Assembly: GCA_046483305.1 (NCBI GenBank)
Contig: JAWODM010000020.1
Span: forward strand, 1 to 52,733
Length of the DNA stretch: 52,733 nt
Direction of reading: 5' to 3'
DNA from: Candidatus Krumholzibacteriales bacterium
GTDB taxonomy: Bacteria > Krumholzibacteriota > Krumholzibacteriia > Krumholzibacteriales > WJIX01
Shown here: positions 29,136 through 39,803 of the stretch, piece after piece
Layout: each line of letters starts with the position of its first letter
Position numbering within the stretch: position 1 is the stretch's first letter
Notes under the pieces: model-generated
Database searches by the model: none
What the model saw: only the letters and a program-made list of their open reading frames with translations
What the model was told of the DNA's origin: nothing
Made by a program: the position numbers and the translations under genes

Positions 29136-29912
29136 TCAGGCGGATGTCTTCAACGTTTCGGGGGTCAGCCCTATCTCTTTGATAAGCTGATTCCTGAAGG
29201 TATTTACATCGAGGTTACGGTTGAGTTTCCCGTTGATGGCGGTGGAGACCGAGCCGGTCTCCTCGCTCACTATTATGTTTATGGAGTCTGTCTCTTCGGA
29301 TAGACCTATTCCGGCCCGGTGCCTGGTGCCGACAGCATGGCTGAGCCGGGGATTCTGTGACAGGGGTAGAATGCAACCGGCCGCGGTAATCCTGCTTCCC
29401 GAGATGATTACGGCTCCGTCATGAAGGGGGGAGGGCGGTGTAAATATGGTGACCAGAAGGTCCTCTGTCACCCTGGAGTCAATCGGAACCCCGGTTTCAA
29501 TGAAATTTTTCAGCCCCACATCCCTTTCGATGGCGATCAGGGCGCCAAGCCCTCTTTCACTTATCTGGTAACAGGCCTTTACTATTTCATTTATAGTGGG
29601 AGACTGCTCCACCTTCAGGAATGCGCCGATAATACGGTTCTGTCCCAGTTTGGCCAGAGCCTTCCTCAATTCCGGCTGGAACAGGATTACGAAAGCTATC
29701 AGCCAGACGGTCTTGAGACTGCTGAGGATCCAGTTCAGGGCCCCGAAGTTGAGCCATCTGGATACGAAACTCACGATAATAAGGATGAACAGGCCGATGA
29801 ACATCTGGATAGCCCTGGTCCCCTTTATTGAGAGGTAGAGTTTGTAGAATATGAACGCGACTATAAGGATATCCAGAATATCGACTATGAGGTTGAATTG
29901 ATATGAAGTCAC
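29136..29912 (-). CDS. cdaA: Diadenylate cyclase CdaA
   Basis: Three TM helices, FQPELR, PLHDGA, GTRHRA, VSEETG. Confidence 0.95.
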   Translation of the reverse strand: MTSYQFNLIVDILDILIVAFIFYKLYLSIKGTRAIQMFIGLFILIIVSFVSRWLNFGALNWILSSLKTVWLIAFVILFQPELRKALAKLGQNRIIGAFLKVEQSPTINEIVKACYQISERGLGALIAIERDVGLKNFIETGVPIDSRVTEDLLVTIFTPPSPLHDGAVIISGSRITAAGCILPLSQNPRLSHAVGTRHRAGIGLSEETDSINIIVSEETGSVSTAINGKLNRNLDVNTFRNQLIKEIGLTPETLKTSA

Positions 29913-31123
29913 TTTCTGATCTTATCTCCCTCGATTGCCTTGAATACTTTAATAAAATCTCTGGTTTCTCTTACATCATGTACCCGGACCAGCTGAGCCC
30001 CCTCCCTGATCGATCTTCCCAGCGCCGCAAGGCCGCCAGAGACACGGTATTCCGGATCTCTGCCTGTTATCATGCCCAGGAATGATTTGCGGGAATACCC
30101 GATCATAACAGGGAATCCCAGCTCTCTGAAGCTGGAAAGCTCCCTGATAATATCCAGATTGTCTTCTAATCTTTTACCAAAACCTATCCCGGGGTCAATA
30201 ATTATTTTCTCTTTTTCAACTCCCTGCTCCATTATCCTGGCGGTCCTTTCCCTGAACCACCCGATAATTTCTCCTATTACATCTTCATAATAGGGGTTAT
30301 CCTGCATGGAAGAGGGGGTTCCCCGCATATGCATGACGATAACGGCCGCGCTGTATTCAGCCGCCACCGCCGCCATCTCAGGGTCGTCTCTCAGGCCGCT
30401 GATATCGTTGATTATCCGGGCGCCGCAGTCCATGGCCATCCTGGCAACCTCCGACTTTCTGGTGTCGATCGAAATGGGTACTTCTATCCTGCCCTGAAGC
30501 TTTTCAATAACCGGTTTTACCCTTCTGATCTCCTCTTCTGTGCCGGGGTCTGATGCGCCGGGCCTGCTGGATTCACCTCCGATATCTATAATGTCAGCCC
30601 CTTCTTCGACCATTGCCAGAGCCCTTTCCAGGGCTTCACCGGGCTCAAGGTATATGCCCCCGTCACTGAAGCTGTCGGGTGTGATATTGAGTATACCCAT
30701 TACCAGGGGTGGGTCCAGGAGCGAAAGGTGTCCCTCTCCGAGGCTAACTCTCTCCGGAGGGCTGCAGTAAGCGGAGGCCAGGCGCTGTACCTCTTCCCCC
30801 AGCCGGGGAAGGCCGAAAGGCTGGCCGGAGAACCGGCCGGGCAGCTCCCCCGCTTTCCTCTCATCGATGATAATGTATACCTGGGAGTTCTCCGGCTTTC
30901 CTGAAATGATGTCGCGGTGAACAGCCGCTTCCTGCCCCATTGATAGAAGCTGCTGTTTGATGATATTGGCAGCTGCCGGAGGGACGTTATCAACCCTGAA
31001 AATCAGGTTGCTGCTCTTTCGGCTTATTATCTCTATCCCTCTGTCGTCCACCCCTGAATTACGGAGGTATCTTACCAGGGTTACGGGGTCATTGGCTGGA
31101 AGAATACGTACATTATATCGCAT
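29909..31123 (-). CDS. folP: Dihydropteroate synthase with N-terminal extension
   Basis: MGILNITPDSFSDGG, IGGESSRPG, DPGIGFGK, SRKSF, RVHDV. Confidence 0.96.
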   Translation of the reverse strand: MRYNVRILPANDPVTLVRYLRNSGVDDRGIEIISRKSSNLIFRVDNVPPAAANIIKQQLLSMGQEAAVHRDIISGKPENSQVYIIIDERKAGELPGRFSGQPFGLPRLGEEVQRLASAYCSPPERVSLGEGHLSLLDPPLVMGILNITPDSFSDGGIYLEPGEALERALAMVEEGADIIDIGGESSRPGASDPGTEEEIRRVKPVIEKLQGRIEVPISIDTRKSEVARMAMDCGARIINDISGLRDDPEMAAVAAEYSAAVIVMHMRGTPSSMQDNPYYEDVIGEIIGWFRERTARIMEQGVEKEKIIIDPGIGFGKRLEDNLDIIRELSSFRELGFPVMIGYSRKSFLGMITGRDPEYRVSGGLAALGRSIREGAQLVRVHDVRETRDFIKVFKAIEGDKIRK

Positions 31124-31140
31124 ATGGACCCGACAGTTTT

Positions 31141-33243
31141 TCAGGCAGAAGCTTGATCTTCATCCCCGGCCTCTTCACCGCTTTTTCCGGGATTTCCGGC
31201 CGCCTCACCCATGGAAAGGTCGCCACCAGGTTCCGTGCCGGCCTTATTTTCCGGTCCGACTGCACCGGCCTTCTCATTCCCGCTTTTCTCCCCGGACGGC
31301 TCTTTGTTCCCTGCGGTTCTTTTCTTTTTGATCTGTTCCGGGAGAGTGCCCCCTTCCAGGAGGATCTTGATCTCTTCCCCGTCCAGCGATTCTCTCTCCA
31401 GAAGGGCTTCGGCTACCCTGTGCAGTTCATCGATATGCTCTTCGATTATCTCCCTGGCCCTTCCGTAGCAATATTCAATTATTCGTTTTACCTCGCTGTC
31501 AATATCTCTGGCGGTCTCTTCGCTGTATACCTTCTTGTTGGAGATATATTTGCCCAGGAAGGGGTGATCTTCATGGTTGTTGAACGATATGGGGCCAACT
31601 TTCTTGCTCATGCCCCACTTGGTAACCATCTTGCGCGCCAGGTTGGAGGCGTTATCGATATCGTTCTGAGCGCCGGTTCCTACTCTTTTCATTACCATCT
31701 CTTCCGAAACTCTGCCCCCCATGGACATGGTTATAATGTCCAGCAGGTATTCCCTGGTCTGGAACAAAACGTCATCTTTGGGCAGGAAATAGGTCAGCCC
31801 GCCGGCCCTTCCCCTCGGTATAATGGTTACTTTGTGCAGCGGATCCGCATTTTCCAGGTAAGAGCCCACTATGGCGTGTCCGCTCTCGTGATATGCCGAT
31901 ACTCTTCTGGTATCTTCCTTGAGAACCTTGCTCTTGCGTTCCGGCCCCAGAATGACCTTGTCTTTCGCCTCTTCGAAATCCTCCATTTCGACCTCGTTCT
32001 TGCTCTTTTTCGCAGCCAGCAGGGCCGCTTCATTAGCCATGTTGGCAAGGTCGGCTCCGGACATCCCCGGAGTCCCCCTGGCCAGAATCTCCAGTTCCAC
32101 ATCGTCAGCGAGGGGTATCTTGCGGGTGTGGACCTTGAGAATACCCAGCCTGCCACGCAGATCAGGCATGTCCACTATCACTCTGCGGTCGAATCTGCCG
32201 GGCCTGAGCAGGGCCGGGTCGAGCACATCGGGACGGTTGGTAGCGGCCAGGAGAATCACTCCCTCTTCGGTATCGAATCCGTCCATTTCCACCAGGAGCT
32301 GGTTGAGGGTCTGCTCTCTTTCGTCATGGCCTCCGCCCAGTCCGGCTCCTCTCTGCCTTCCCACCGCGTCAAGTTCATCCACGAACAGTATGCAGGGCGC
32401 GTTTTTTCTTCCCTTATCAAAGAGGTCCCGGACACGGCTGGCACCCACTCCCACAAACATCTCCACGAAATCTGACCCGCTCATGCTGAAAAACGACACA
32501 TCCGCCTCGCCGGCCACCGCTCTGGCCAGAAGAGTCTTGCCGGTTCCCGGAGGCCCGAGCAGGATAACTCCCTTCGGTATTCTGCCGCCGAGTTTCTGAA
32601 ATTTCTTCGGATCTTTGAGGAATTCAACTATTTCCTGCAGCTCTTCCTTCGCCTCCTCCGCTCCGGCGACGTCATCAAAAGTAACGTCCGGTTTGTTCTC
32701 GCCGATGAGTTTCGCCTTACTCTTTCCGAAGCTGAAGGCCTTATTCCCGCCGGTCTGCATCTGCTTCATGAAAACGAACCACAGGACGAAAAGAGCGATC
32801 AGCGGAAGGGCGGTAGCCAGGGCTTTCATCCACACACTGCTTCCGGGGAATTCGCCCTCGATAACGGCGTTGGGATTATGCTCCCATATCTTCTCGGGCA
32901 GGTCCTTGTCCTCGGCGGGAAGAATTACCTTGAAAATGCTGACGGCCTGGCCCCGGTTTCCGGTAGGGATGACCATCTCCTGTACCAGCTCGCCCTTGAC
33001 TTCCAGCCCCTTTATCTTCACCTTTGCGACATTGCCCTCTTCCACCTGCTTCATGAAGGTGCTGTAGTTTATCTGCTGCTCGTTTCTGTTTCCCGAATTA
33101 TACAGAAGGTAGGCCAGGAATATCATTATCATGACCATTACCCACAGGGCCATCGATCTTGATGGCTTCTGGGGCGGTTTTCCCGGAGGTACCCACTTGC
33201 CGTCAGGTTTCTTATTGCCTTTCTTATCCTTGTCCATATTCAT
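31141..33243 (-). CDS. ftsH: ATP-dependent zinc metalloprotease FtsH
   Basis: Two TM helices, [21 protein letters not shown]. Confidence 0.98.
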   Translation of the reverse strand: MNMDKDKKGNKKPDGKWVPPGKPPQKPSRSMALWVMVMIMIFLAYLLYNSGNRNEQQINYSTFMKQVEEGNVAKVKIKGLEVKGELVQEMVIPTGNRGQAVSIFKVILPAEDKDLPEKIWEHNPNAVIEGEFPGSSVWMKALATALPLIALFVLWFVFMKQMQTGGNKAFSFGKSKAKLIGENKPDVTFDDVAGAEEAKEELQEIVEFLKDPKKFQKLGGRIPKGVILLGPPGTGKTLLARAVAGEADVSFFSMSGSDFVEMFVGVGASRVRDLFDKGRKNAPCILFVDELDAVGRQRGAGLGGGHDEREQTLNQLLVEMDGFDTEEGVILLAATNRPDVLDPALLRPGRFDRRVIVDMPDLRGRLGILKVHTRKIPLADDVELEILARGTPGMSGADLANMANEAALLAAKKSKNEVEMEDFEEAKDKVILGPERKSKVLKEDTRRVSAYHESGHAIVGSYLENADPLHKVTIIPRGRAGGLTYFLPKDDVLFQTREYLLDIITMSMGGRVSEEMVMKRVGTGAQNDIDNASNLARKMVTKWGMSKKVGPISFNNHEDHPFLGKYISNKKVYSEETARDIDSEVKRIIEYCYGRAREIIEEHIDELHRVAEALLERESLDGEEIKILLEGGTLPEQIKKKRTAGNKEPSGEKSGNEKAGAVGPENKAGTEPGGDLSMGEAAGNPGKSGEEAGDEDQASA

Positions 33244-33444
33244 AAAAGTGTCTTATCCTGATCTTAAGCCAATGATTATAATATTCCACCTATTAAGATA
33301 CTCAATAGAACCTCTTTTGTCTAATACGAAAAATGCCGCAGCCAGCGGAGTGAAATTGCAACTGCCCCTTTGATTTTTACTCTCAGTTGTATTGACTTAT
33401 ATTGCCTTTCCCCTTTTATCAGTGGGATAAAATGCCTGCCGGAA

Positions 33445-34041
33445 TTATATGTAAAGCTCTTTTTCGATATCCTTCTCGATCATCGACAGCGTTTTGCAGG
33501 TATCTTCCAAATCCCTGATATCCGGAGTAAGTTCTCTGATATAAGGCAGATTTCTGAAGTGTTCCTTGAAATCAAGTCCGTAACCTATCACAAAAACGTC
33601 CGGAATATCGAAACCAACGTAATCGGCGGGGATAACTACCTCTCTGGCGGCTGCCTTGTTCAGCAGCGTGCATACCTTGATGCTGTTGGCCTGTTCGTTC
33701 TCCAGCGACTCTATCAGCCTGGATATGGTATGCCCGGTGTCTATAATCTCGTCCACTATTATTATATCCCTTCCCTGTATATCCCTGCTGGTGAGGTTGT
33801 TTATTTCGATATGCTCGCTTCTCTCAGAGCCGTCCCGGTAACTCGACATGGCGATGAATTCTATCTGGTGAGGGAGGGTAAGCCCTCTGACCAGGTCCGC
33901 GAGAAAGATGAATGCCCCTTTGAGGAGGGTGATAAGAACGGGCACTTCGCCCGTATGGTCAGAGGAGAGCCTCCTCGCAATTTCAGCTACCCTGCGCTGG
34001 ATTTCCCTCTCCGGGATGTAGTAAATATCCCTTTTTTGCAT
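33445..34041 (-). CDS. hpt: Hypoxanthine phosphoribosyltransferase
   Basis: LLKGAFIFLADL, IVDEIIDTGHT, FVIGYGLD; start uncertain (34041 or 34068). Confidence 0.93.
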   Translation of the reverse strand: MQKRDIYYIPEREIQRRVAEIARRLSSDHTGEVPVLITLLKGAFIFLADLVRGLTLPHQIEFIAMSSYRDGSERSEHIEINNLTSRDIQGRDIIIVDEIIDTGHTISRLIESLENEQANSIKVCTLLNKAAAREVVIPADYVGFDIPDVFVIGYGLDFKEHFRNLPYIRELTPDIRDLEDTCKTLSMIEKDIEKELYI

Positions 34042-34208
34042 AAGATTATCTGGGTTAAAACCGGGCAAAATTTTTTAGTCAATGTATGTTATCAATATTC
34101 ATGAATTATATCCAGAAATATTTAACCCGATTATAATTTAATCTCCAACATTCTGACTGGCCTTAACTTAGGCGGCAGAAAAATATACCTGATATACGGG
34201 CTTTCTTC

Positions 34209-35588
34209 CTAAATCTCTTTTTCCAGCCTGATTCTGGTTATTTTGCCGCTTTCGCCAGTGACTCTGGTTCTCTCGGAAGAGGCCAGCCCGGGTACCCAGA
34301 CTATACCGCGGGGATCTTCGATAACCGGCATTCTGTCTCTCTCATGGAGCGGGATCTTGCTGTCTATCATCAGGTCGCTCAGCTTTTTCCTTCCCTTCAT
34401 CCCGAAAGGGGTAATCCTGTCTCCTTCGCTCCTGGTTCTTATTATCAGCGGAAACTCTATATCGGCCAGATAAGCCTGGTTTTCAGTGGAACGGCATGAA
34501 CCGGCTTCAGGCCGGCTTACCCGACTGACAGACGCCTTCATTCCCCAGCCGGGAAGGCTGTATTCTCCCTCTGACGGAATCTCGAACCGCGCAGGCTGTT
34601 CTGTTTCTGCTTCATCTTCCAGGGAAAATCTCAGCAGGAGCTGCTCGCGGGATATTCTTATTCCGTGGGGAAGGGTAACTTCTCTGCCTGAGTCTGATTC
34701 TCTGACCAGAGATTTGACTGAGTCAAAATGGCACTTGAGTATATCCTGGTGGATCCCGAAATATTTCCTCAGCACGGCGTCGGTGAGCAGATAAATCTGG
34801 AGATCATTGAGCTGCTCCACTCTGCTCAACGGTATGTTGAGGCCGCCGCCCTTCATTTTCATATCCAGCAGAGGTTCGATATCTTCTCTGGCTGCATCGG
34901 TGAGCTCCGAGAGATTTTCGGCCAGCCTGGCCAGGGATTCGGTAATTGATGGGTTATAGGAGGCGGCAATTTCGGGGATCAGCCGGTTCCGGATCCGGTT
35001 GCGGAGGTAACCGGTGTCCAGGTTGCTTCTGTCCACCGCGAACGGGATATTATTCTCCCGGACATAACTCTCTATCTCCTCGCGGCTGCAGCAGAGAATG
35101 GGGCGGATGAATATTCCTCGCCGGGGAGGTATCCCCGCCAGACCGGCAATCCCGCTTCCTCTTATGATGTGATGAAGGACTGTTTCCGCCTGGTCGTTGA
35201 GATTGTGGCCGAGGGCCACCGAATCGGCAGCGAATCTGCCTGCCGCGTCTTCCAGAAAGGAATATCTGAGTTCTCTGGCCGCCTCTTCCATGCCGGTTCG
35301 GCTCCTTTCGGCCTCGGCGGGGACATCGGCGGAGCCGGTCACCAGCGGTACCTTCAGTTCTTTGCAGTAGCGTGATACCAGCCCGGCTTCTTCCGCCGCT
35401 TCCGGCCTGATCATATGGTTGAAGTGGGCGGCAGTGATATTCAGCTCCATAGAGGGAGAGAGCCGTTGCAGGATGGTCAGAAGAGCCATGGAGTCCGGCC
35501 CGCCGGATACGGCGGCGGTTACCGTCTCACCGCGCCGGATAAGACGGCGGGTGTTTATCCAATTCCTGATTTTTACGGTGCAGTCCAT
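34209..35588 (-). CDS. tilS: tRNA(Ile)-lysidine synthase
   Basis: AVSGGPDSMAL, EEAARELRY, GHNLNDQAET, RNRIR; start moved to ATG 35588 so that it does not overlap the tRNA. Confidence 0.95.
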   Translation of the reverse strand: MDCTVKIRNWINTRRLIRRGETVTAAVSGGPDSMALLTILQRLSPSMELNITAAHFNHMIRPEAAEEAGLVSRYCKELKVPLVTGSADVPAEAERSRTGMEEAARELRYSFLEDAAGRFAADSVALGHNLNDQAETVLHHIIRGSGIAGLAGIPPRRGIFIRPILCCSREEIESYVRENNIPFAVDRSNLDTGYLRNRIRNRLIPEIAASYNPSITESLARLAENLSELTDAAREDIEPLLDMKMKGGGLNIPLSRVEQLNDLQIYLLTDAVLRKYFGIHQDILKCHFDSVKSLVRESDSGREVTLPHGIRISREQLLLRFSLEDEAETEQPARFEIPSEGEYSLPGWGMKASVSRVSRPEAGSCRSTENQAYLADIEFPLIIRTRSEGDRITPFGMKGRKKLSDLMIDSKIPLHERDRMPVIEDPRGIVWVPGLASSERTRVTGESGKITRIRLEKEI

Positions 35589-35633
35589 TGAATTATCACG
35601 AGGGGAAATGAATCCGGCCCAGTAGAAAAATTC

Positions 35634-35707
35634 TGGCGGTGCAGGGATTCGAACCCCGGACACGAGGATTATGATTCCTCTGCTCTAACCGACTGAGCTA
35701 CACCGCC
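35634..35707 (-). tRNA. tRNA-Met (CAT), probably elongator
   Basis: GGCGGTGTAGCTCAGTCGGTTAGAGCAGAGGAATCATAATCCTCGTGTCCGGGGTTCGAATCCCTGCACCGCCA; CCA end not encoded. Confidence 0.92.
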
Positions 35708-35904
35708 TTTTCTTGGAATAGTAATCTAAAATATCGGAAAGTCAAGCGAAAAGAGGCCTGCCGCGCTGTTCTGATCCGAAGCCGATGAGAATAAATATTT
35801 CTCTTTCTACCGGCTCCCGGTTCTGTTATAGATACTTATGCTGACCCGCCCTGTTTTGCCGGCGGCGGGCCCTGTTATTCTGATAACAGAAAGCGGGTGA
35901 AATT

Positions 35905-36876
35905 ATGAGGATATATACTGAAAATGATGTTGATCCCGGCATTCTCCGTAATAACTCGGTGGTGGTTCTGGGGTACGGAAACCAGGGGCGCCCCCAGGCC
36001 CTGAACCTCAGAGACAGCGGGCTGAATGTTACTATCGCCGCCCGGGAGAAAAGAGGCGGCTGGCAGAGGGCACTGCGGGACGGGTTTGAACCGGTTGCGC
36101 CGGAAGAAGGGATCAGAAAGGCAGATATACTCCTGTATCTGATACCTGACGAGATCCAGGGGGAGGTATTCGAGAATACGGTAAAGGGTAATCTCAGAGA
36201 GGGCTCCACTATATGCTTTGCCCACGGGTTTGCGGTGGCATTCGGGCGGATTGAGAGCGATGGTTATGAACTGATACTGGTAGCGCCCAAGGGGCAGGGG
36301 GGGAAGGTGCGGGAGGCGTATCTTTCCGGAAGCGGGGTGCCCGCTCTGGTGGGAGCGGAGAGCGAATCGGGGATGGAGACCGCGCTTGCCATTGCTCATG
36401 CTCTCGGTTCTCTCCGGGTAGGGGGTTTCCGGACTACTTTCCGTGAGGAGGCGGTAAGCGATCTATTCGGAGAACAGGCGGTTCTCTGCGGGGGGGTGAC
36501 CGCCCTGATAAAGTCGGCTTTCGATACCCTGGTTGAGGCCGGTTTCAGTCCCGAGGTGGCCTATTTCGAATGCATGCACGAGCTGAAGATAATAGTTGAT
36601 ATATTTTATTCGCGCGGGATGTCCGGAATGAGGGAAGTTATCAGCAGGACAGCCGCTTACGGCGGGCTGAAGTACGGCGAGGATATAATCGGCGAAGATG
36701 CCCGGAAGAAAATGAAAACCCTCCTGGATTTCATCGACCGTGGAGATTTCGCGGATGACTGGATGAAAGCCTCCAGGGACGGGCAGAGCCTCAAGAGGCT
36801 GATGGACAGGGAAGGGTCTCTTCTTCTGGAAAAGACCGGAGAGAAGCTGAGGAAACTGTTCCCGGAGAATTATTGA
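35905..36876 (+). CDS. ilvC: Ketol-acid reductoisomerase
   Basis: GYGNQG..QALNLRDSG, FAHGF, DLFGEQAVLCGG, AYFECMHELK. Confidence 0.95.
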   Translation: MRIYTENDVDPGILRNNSVVVLGYGNQGRPQALNLRDSGLNVTIAAREKRGGWQRALRDGFEPVAPEEGIRKADILLYLIPDEIQGEVFENTVKGNLREGSTICFAHGFAVAFGRIESDGYELILVAPKGQGGKVREAYLSGSGVPALVGAESESGMETALAIAHALGSLRVGGFRTTFREEAVSDLFGEQAVLCGGVTALIKSAFDTLVEAGFSPEVAYFECMHELKIIVDIFYSRGMSGMREVISRTAAYGGLKYGEDIIGEDARKKMKTLLDFIDRGDFADDWMKASRDGQSLKRLMDREGSLLLEKTGEKLRKLFPENY

Positions 36877-36956
36877 AACTTTATTTGTGGAGAGGCATTG
36901 ATTACTATATATAACAGGCGAAACAGTTTTGGATAGTAAATGAAAGAGGGTAAGTT

Positions 36957-37862
36957 ATGAGAAAAGCGGGCGGTTCAGTTGCGGTTATTATTCTGCTTTC
37001 TCTGCTGATTATTGCCGGGTGCGGAGACGGAGAAAAAGAGAAGAGCGGCGACAGAGAGTTCAAGGTTCCCGATTCGCTCCTTACCGACAAGGATCAATTC
37101 GAGCTGGTAGAGGACAGTTACCACCCGGTAAAGGGCGGGGATATAGCCAATGAGGATATACTGGTACATTATCCGCCAACCGAGATGTACGAATTTCTTT
37201 CCGGGAAGATCTTCGGAATAGCCTTCAACAGCTACACCGAGATCGAGGATAAGATAGGCCGGCCGGCTGAAGGGCGGGTGACATGTATCGGCGCCAGTAC
37301 CATGGATGAATATAAGCTCCTGACCCGTAAGGACTGGTGGTATTACGGAACCATCAAGGGTGATACAATATATTTCGAACCATATAATATAATGCTGAAA
37401 AGATACGACCGGGCCAGCAAGCAGAATATCGCTCAGATAGGTTTCAGGCAGAGATTCGCGCAGATGGCCCTGGACCGGTTGTCAGAAGGCGGAATACCGA
37501 CCTGGCTCAAGGAGTCAATGGCCTCCTATTACGCCGGCGAGGGTTATGTGCTGAAAGCTCAGGCCGCCCAGTGGAGAGAAGAATATTTCGATTTCAGGGT
37601 AACCGCTGATGAGCTCAACGGTTACCTGGAAGAGGCCCAGGATATGGCCCTTACCCGGGTTTCCTGCTATATCGCCTATCAGATGTTTGAGAATCTGATG
37701 GAGCTGTCGTCAGAGGACCAGGTCCTCAATTTTGTCAAAAAACTCGGTGAAGGGCGCTCCCTGGATCAGGCATCCACGGAGGTCTTCGGTTTTGATTACG
37801 AAACCCTGATATCAAAAATTGATGATTACGAGTCCGTGCCGCCCCGGGACTGGAAAGGATAG
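36957..37862 (+). CDS. Lipoprotein of unknown function (possibly degenerate peptidase-MA-like)
   Basis: Lipobox IIAGC; IPTWLKESMA resembles P.W..EG.A but there is no HExxH. Confidence 0.7.
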   Translation: MRKAGGSVAVIILLSLLIIAGCGDGEKEKSGDREFKVPDSLLTDKDQFELVEDSYHPVKGGDIANEDILVHYPPTEMYEFLSGKIFGIAFNSYTEIEDKIGRPAEGRVTCIGASTMDEYKLLTRKDWWYYGTIKGDTIYFEPYNIMLKRYDRASKQNIAQIGFRQRFAQMALDRLSEGGIPTWLKESMASYYAGEGYVLKAQAAQWREEYFDFRVTADELNGYLEEAQDMALTRVSCYIAYQMFENLMELSSEDQVLNFVKKLGEGRSLDQASTEVFGFDYETLISKIDDYESVPPRDWKG

Positions 37863-37867
37863 AGCTT

Positions 37868-39445
37868 CTGAACAAAGATGACAACGGCATAAGAGTCAGG
37901 TTCGCCCCAAGCCCCACCGGCCACCTCCACGTGGGAGGCGCCAGGACAGCCCTTTATAATTACCTCTATGCGAGGATGACCGGGGGGTCGTTCATATTGA
38001 GAATAGAGGACACTGACGCGGAGCGTTCCACCGAAGAATCTTACCGGGGGATAGTGCGGGGTCTCAGGTGGCTGGGCCTTGATTGGGATGAAGGGCCCGG
38101 GGTAGACGGAGATTACGGCCCCTATCTTCAATCCGGGAGAACGGTCCTTTACCGCAACGAGGTAGAGAAGCTTCTCGAAAGCGGCAGGGCCTATTACTGC
38201 TTCTGCACGCAGCGGAGGCTGGAAGAGGTAAAGACGGAGATGAAGGAAAGATCGCTGCCGCCGAAGTATGACGGGAAATGCAGGGATCTCCCGGATTCTG
38301 AGGTCAAGGAGCGGATATCCGGGGGGGTCCCCCATGTGGTCAGGTTCAGGATGCCGGAGGAGGGAAATGTATTCTTCAGGGATATAGTAAGAGGAGAGTT
38401 CACTTTTGAAAACAGTACCCTGGATGATTTTGTTCTGATAAAATCCGACGGCAAGCCTACTTACAACTTTGCGGTGGTGGTGGACGACGCCCATATGAAG
38501 ATATCTCATGTGATCAGGGGCGATGACCACCTCTCCAACACGCCCAGGCAGGTACACCTCTATAAATCTCTCGATTACAGACTCCCTAAATTTGCTCATC
38601 TGCCGATGATTCTCGGGGACGACAAGTCCAGGCTGAGCAAGAGGCACGGAGCCACATCCATAGATTACTACAGCGAGAGGTATTACCTGCCGGACGGTTT
38701 TATAAATTACCTGGCCCTGCTGGGATGGTCCTACGACAGCAAGCGCGAACTGTTCACCAGGAAGGCCCTGATCAAGAACTTTTCCCTGAAAAGGATATCA
38801 AGAAATCCGGCTGTCTTCGATAATAACAAGATGGAATGGATAAACGCCGAGCACCTGAAGAAGATGCCGCTCTTGAGAAAAACCGAGATGGTAAGAGATG
38901 TTCTCAAGAATGAGGGACTTATACCGGCGGAGTTCAGCGTTGATATTGACAGGCCTGTCGACCTGGAGATAGTTCCCGACGGGGGGGGCTCAACGGATCA
39001 GGATCTTCCCGAGGAACCGCAAGCTATAAACTCCGAGTTCAAACGGCTGGCCATGATTATAAATGTGCTGGGGAACCGGCTGAAGCTTCTAAAGGATGTG
39101 CCGGACCTGATAGGTTATTTCTACACGGATGATTACCGGGTGGATGAAGAAGCTGTCAGGATCCACCTGATGAGAAATGAGGTTCCGGAGAGGCTGGAGA
39201 AGCTGGCCGGCAGATACGAAAGTTTGAAGTATTTTGACCGCGAATCGGTGGAGAAGTCTCTAAGAGACCTGTCTTTCGAACTGGAGATAGCCGCCGGAGA
39301 GCTGATTCACCCCTGCAGGGTGGCCCTGACCGGCAAGCGGGTATCTCCCGATATTTTCTGGGTGGTAGCACTGCTGGGCAAGAAAAAGAGCGTGGAAAGG
39401 CTCAGAAAAGCTGCGGAACTATATAAGAACAGCACTATTCTGTAA
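37868..39445 (+). CDS. gltX: Glutamate--tRNA ligase (probable CTG start)
   Basis: IRVRFAPSPTGHLHVGG lies upstream of the track's GTG start; LRIEDTD, LSKRHG. Confidence 0.95.
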   Translation: MNKDDNGIRVRFAPSPTGHLHVGGARTALYNYLYARMTGGSFILRIEDTDAERSTEESYRGIVRGLRWLGLDWDEGPGVDGDYGPYLQSGRTVLYRNEVEKLLESGRAYYCFCTQRRLEEVKTEMKERSLPPKYDGKCRDLPDSEVKERISGGVPHVVRFRMPEEGNVFFRDIVRGEFTFENSTLDDFVLIKSDGKPTYNFAVVVDDAHMKISHVIRGDDHLSNTPRQVHLYKSLDYRLPKFAHLPMILGDDKSRLSKRHGATSIDYYSERYYLPDGFINYLALLGWSYDSKRELFTRKALIKNFSLKRISRNPAVFDNNKMEWINAEHLKKMPLLRKTEMVRDVLKNEGLIPAEFSVDIDRPVDLEIVPDGGGSTDQDLPEEPQAINSEFKRLAMIINVLGNRLKLLKDVPDLIGYFYTDDYRVDEEAVRIHLMRNEVPERLEKLAGRYESLKYFDRESVEKSLRDLSFELEIAAGELIHPCRVALTGKRVSPDIFWVVALLGKKKSVERLRKAAELYKNSTIL

Positions 39446-39495
39446 ATGGGCTGTTGATTTTTTGTTTTGATTGTTATATTTTCTCCATTACAAAA

Positions 39496-39569
39496 TGGAG
39501 AGTCGTCTAATGGCAGGACAGCTGACTCTGGATCAGCCGGTGGAGGTTCGAATCCTCCCTCTCCAGCCA
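39496..39569 (+). tRNA. tRNA-Gln (CTG)
   Basis: TGGAGAG...GCTGA-CTCTGGA-TCAGC...GGTTCGAATCC...CTCTCCAGCCA. Confidence 0.95.
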
Positions 39570-39578
39570 GAAAAACAA

Positions 39579-39654
39579 GGCCCCTTAGTCTAGTGGTTTA
39601 GGACGCAAGATTCTCAGTCTTGAATCAGGGGTTCGACTCCCCTAGGGGCTACCA
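39579..39654 (+). tRNA. tRNA-Glu (CTC)
   Basis: GGCCCCT...CAAGA-TTCTCAG-TCTTG...GGTTCGACTCC...AGGGGCTACCA. Confidence 0.95.
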
Positions 39655-39658
39655 TATA

Positions 39659-39696
39659 AAGCCCGGACGGTTTATCCTTCCGGGCTTAATTATTTC
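39659..39696 (+). terminator. Probable intrinsic terminator after the tRNAs
   Basis: AAGCCCGGA...TCCGGGCTT hairpin followed by an AT-rich run. Confidence 0.6.
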
Positions 39697-39803
39697 CATG
39701 CAGTCCTGAAATTCCAATGGATGGATAAACCCTCTCTGGACAGGCCGCGCCGTCATGAGTTATTATCATTCCGGCATTCAATATTTATAAAGGGGGTATA
39801 GCA

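Noticed and set aside
31153..32475. 440-aa plus-strand ORF (and similar long antisense ORFs over guaB and the permeases)
   Set aside because: Shadow frames of well-conserved genes.
35634..35707. tRNA-Ile2 (TilS substrate), suggested by adjacency to tilS
   Set aside because: The acceptor stem GGCGGTG resembles elongator tRNA-Met; not fully excluded without tRNAscan-SE isotype models.
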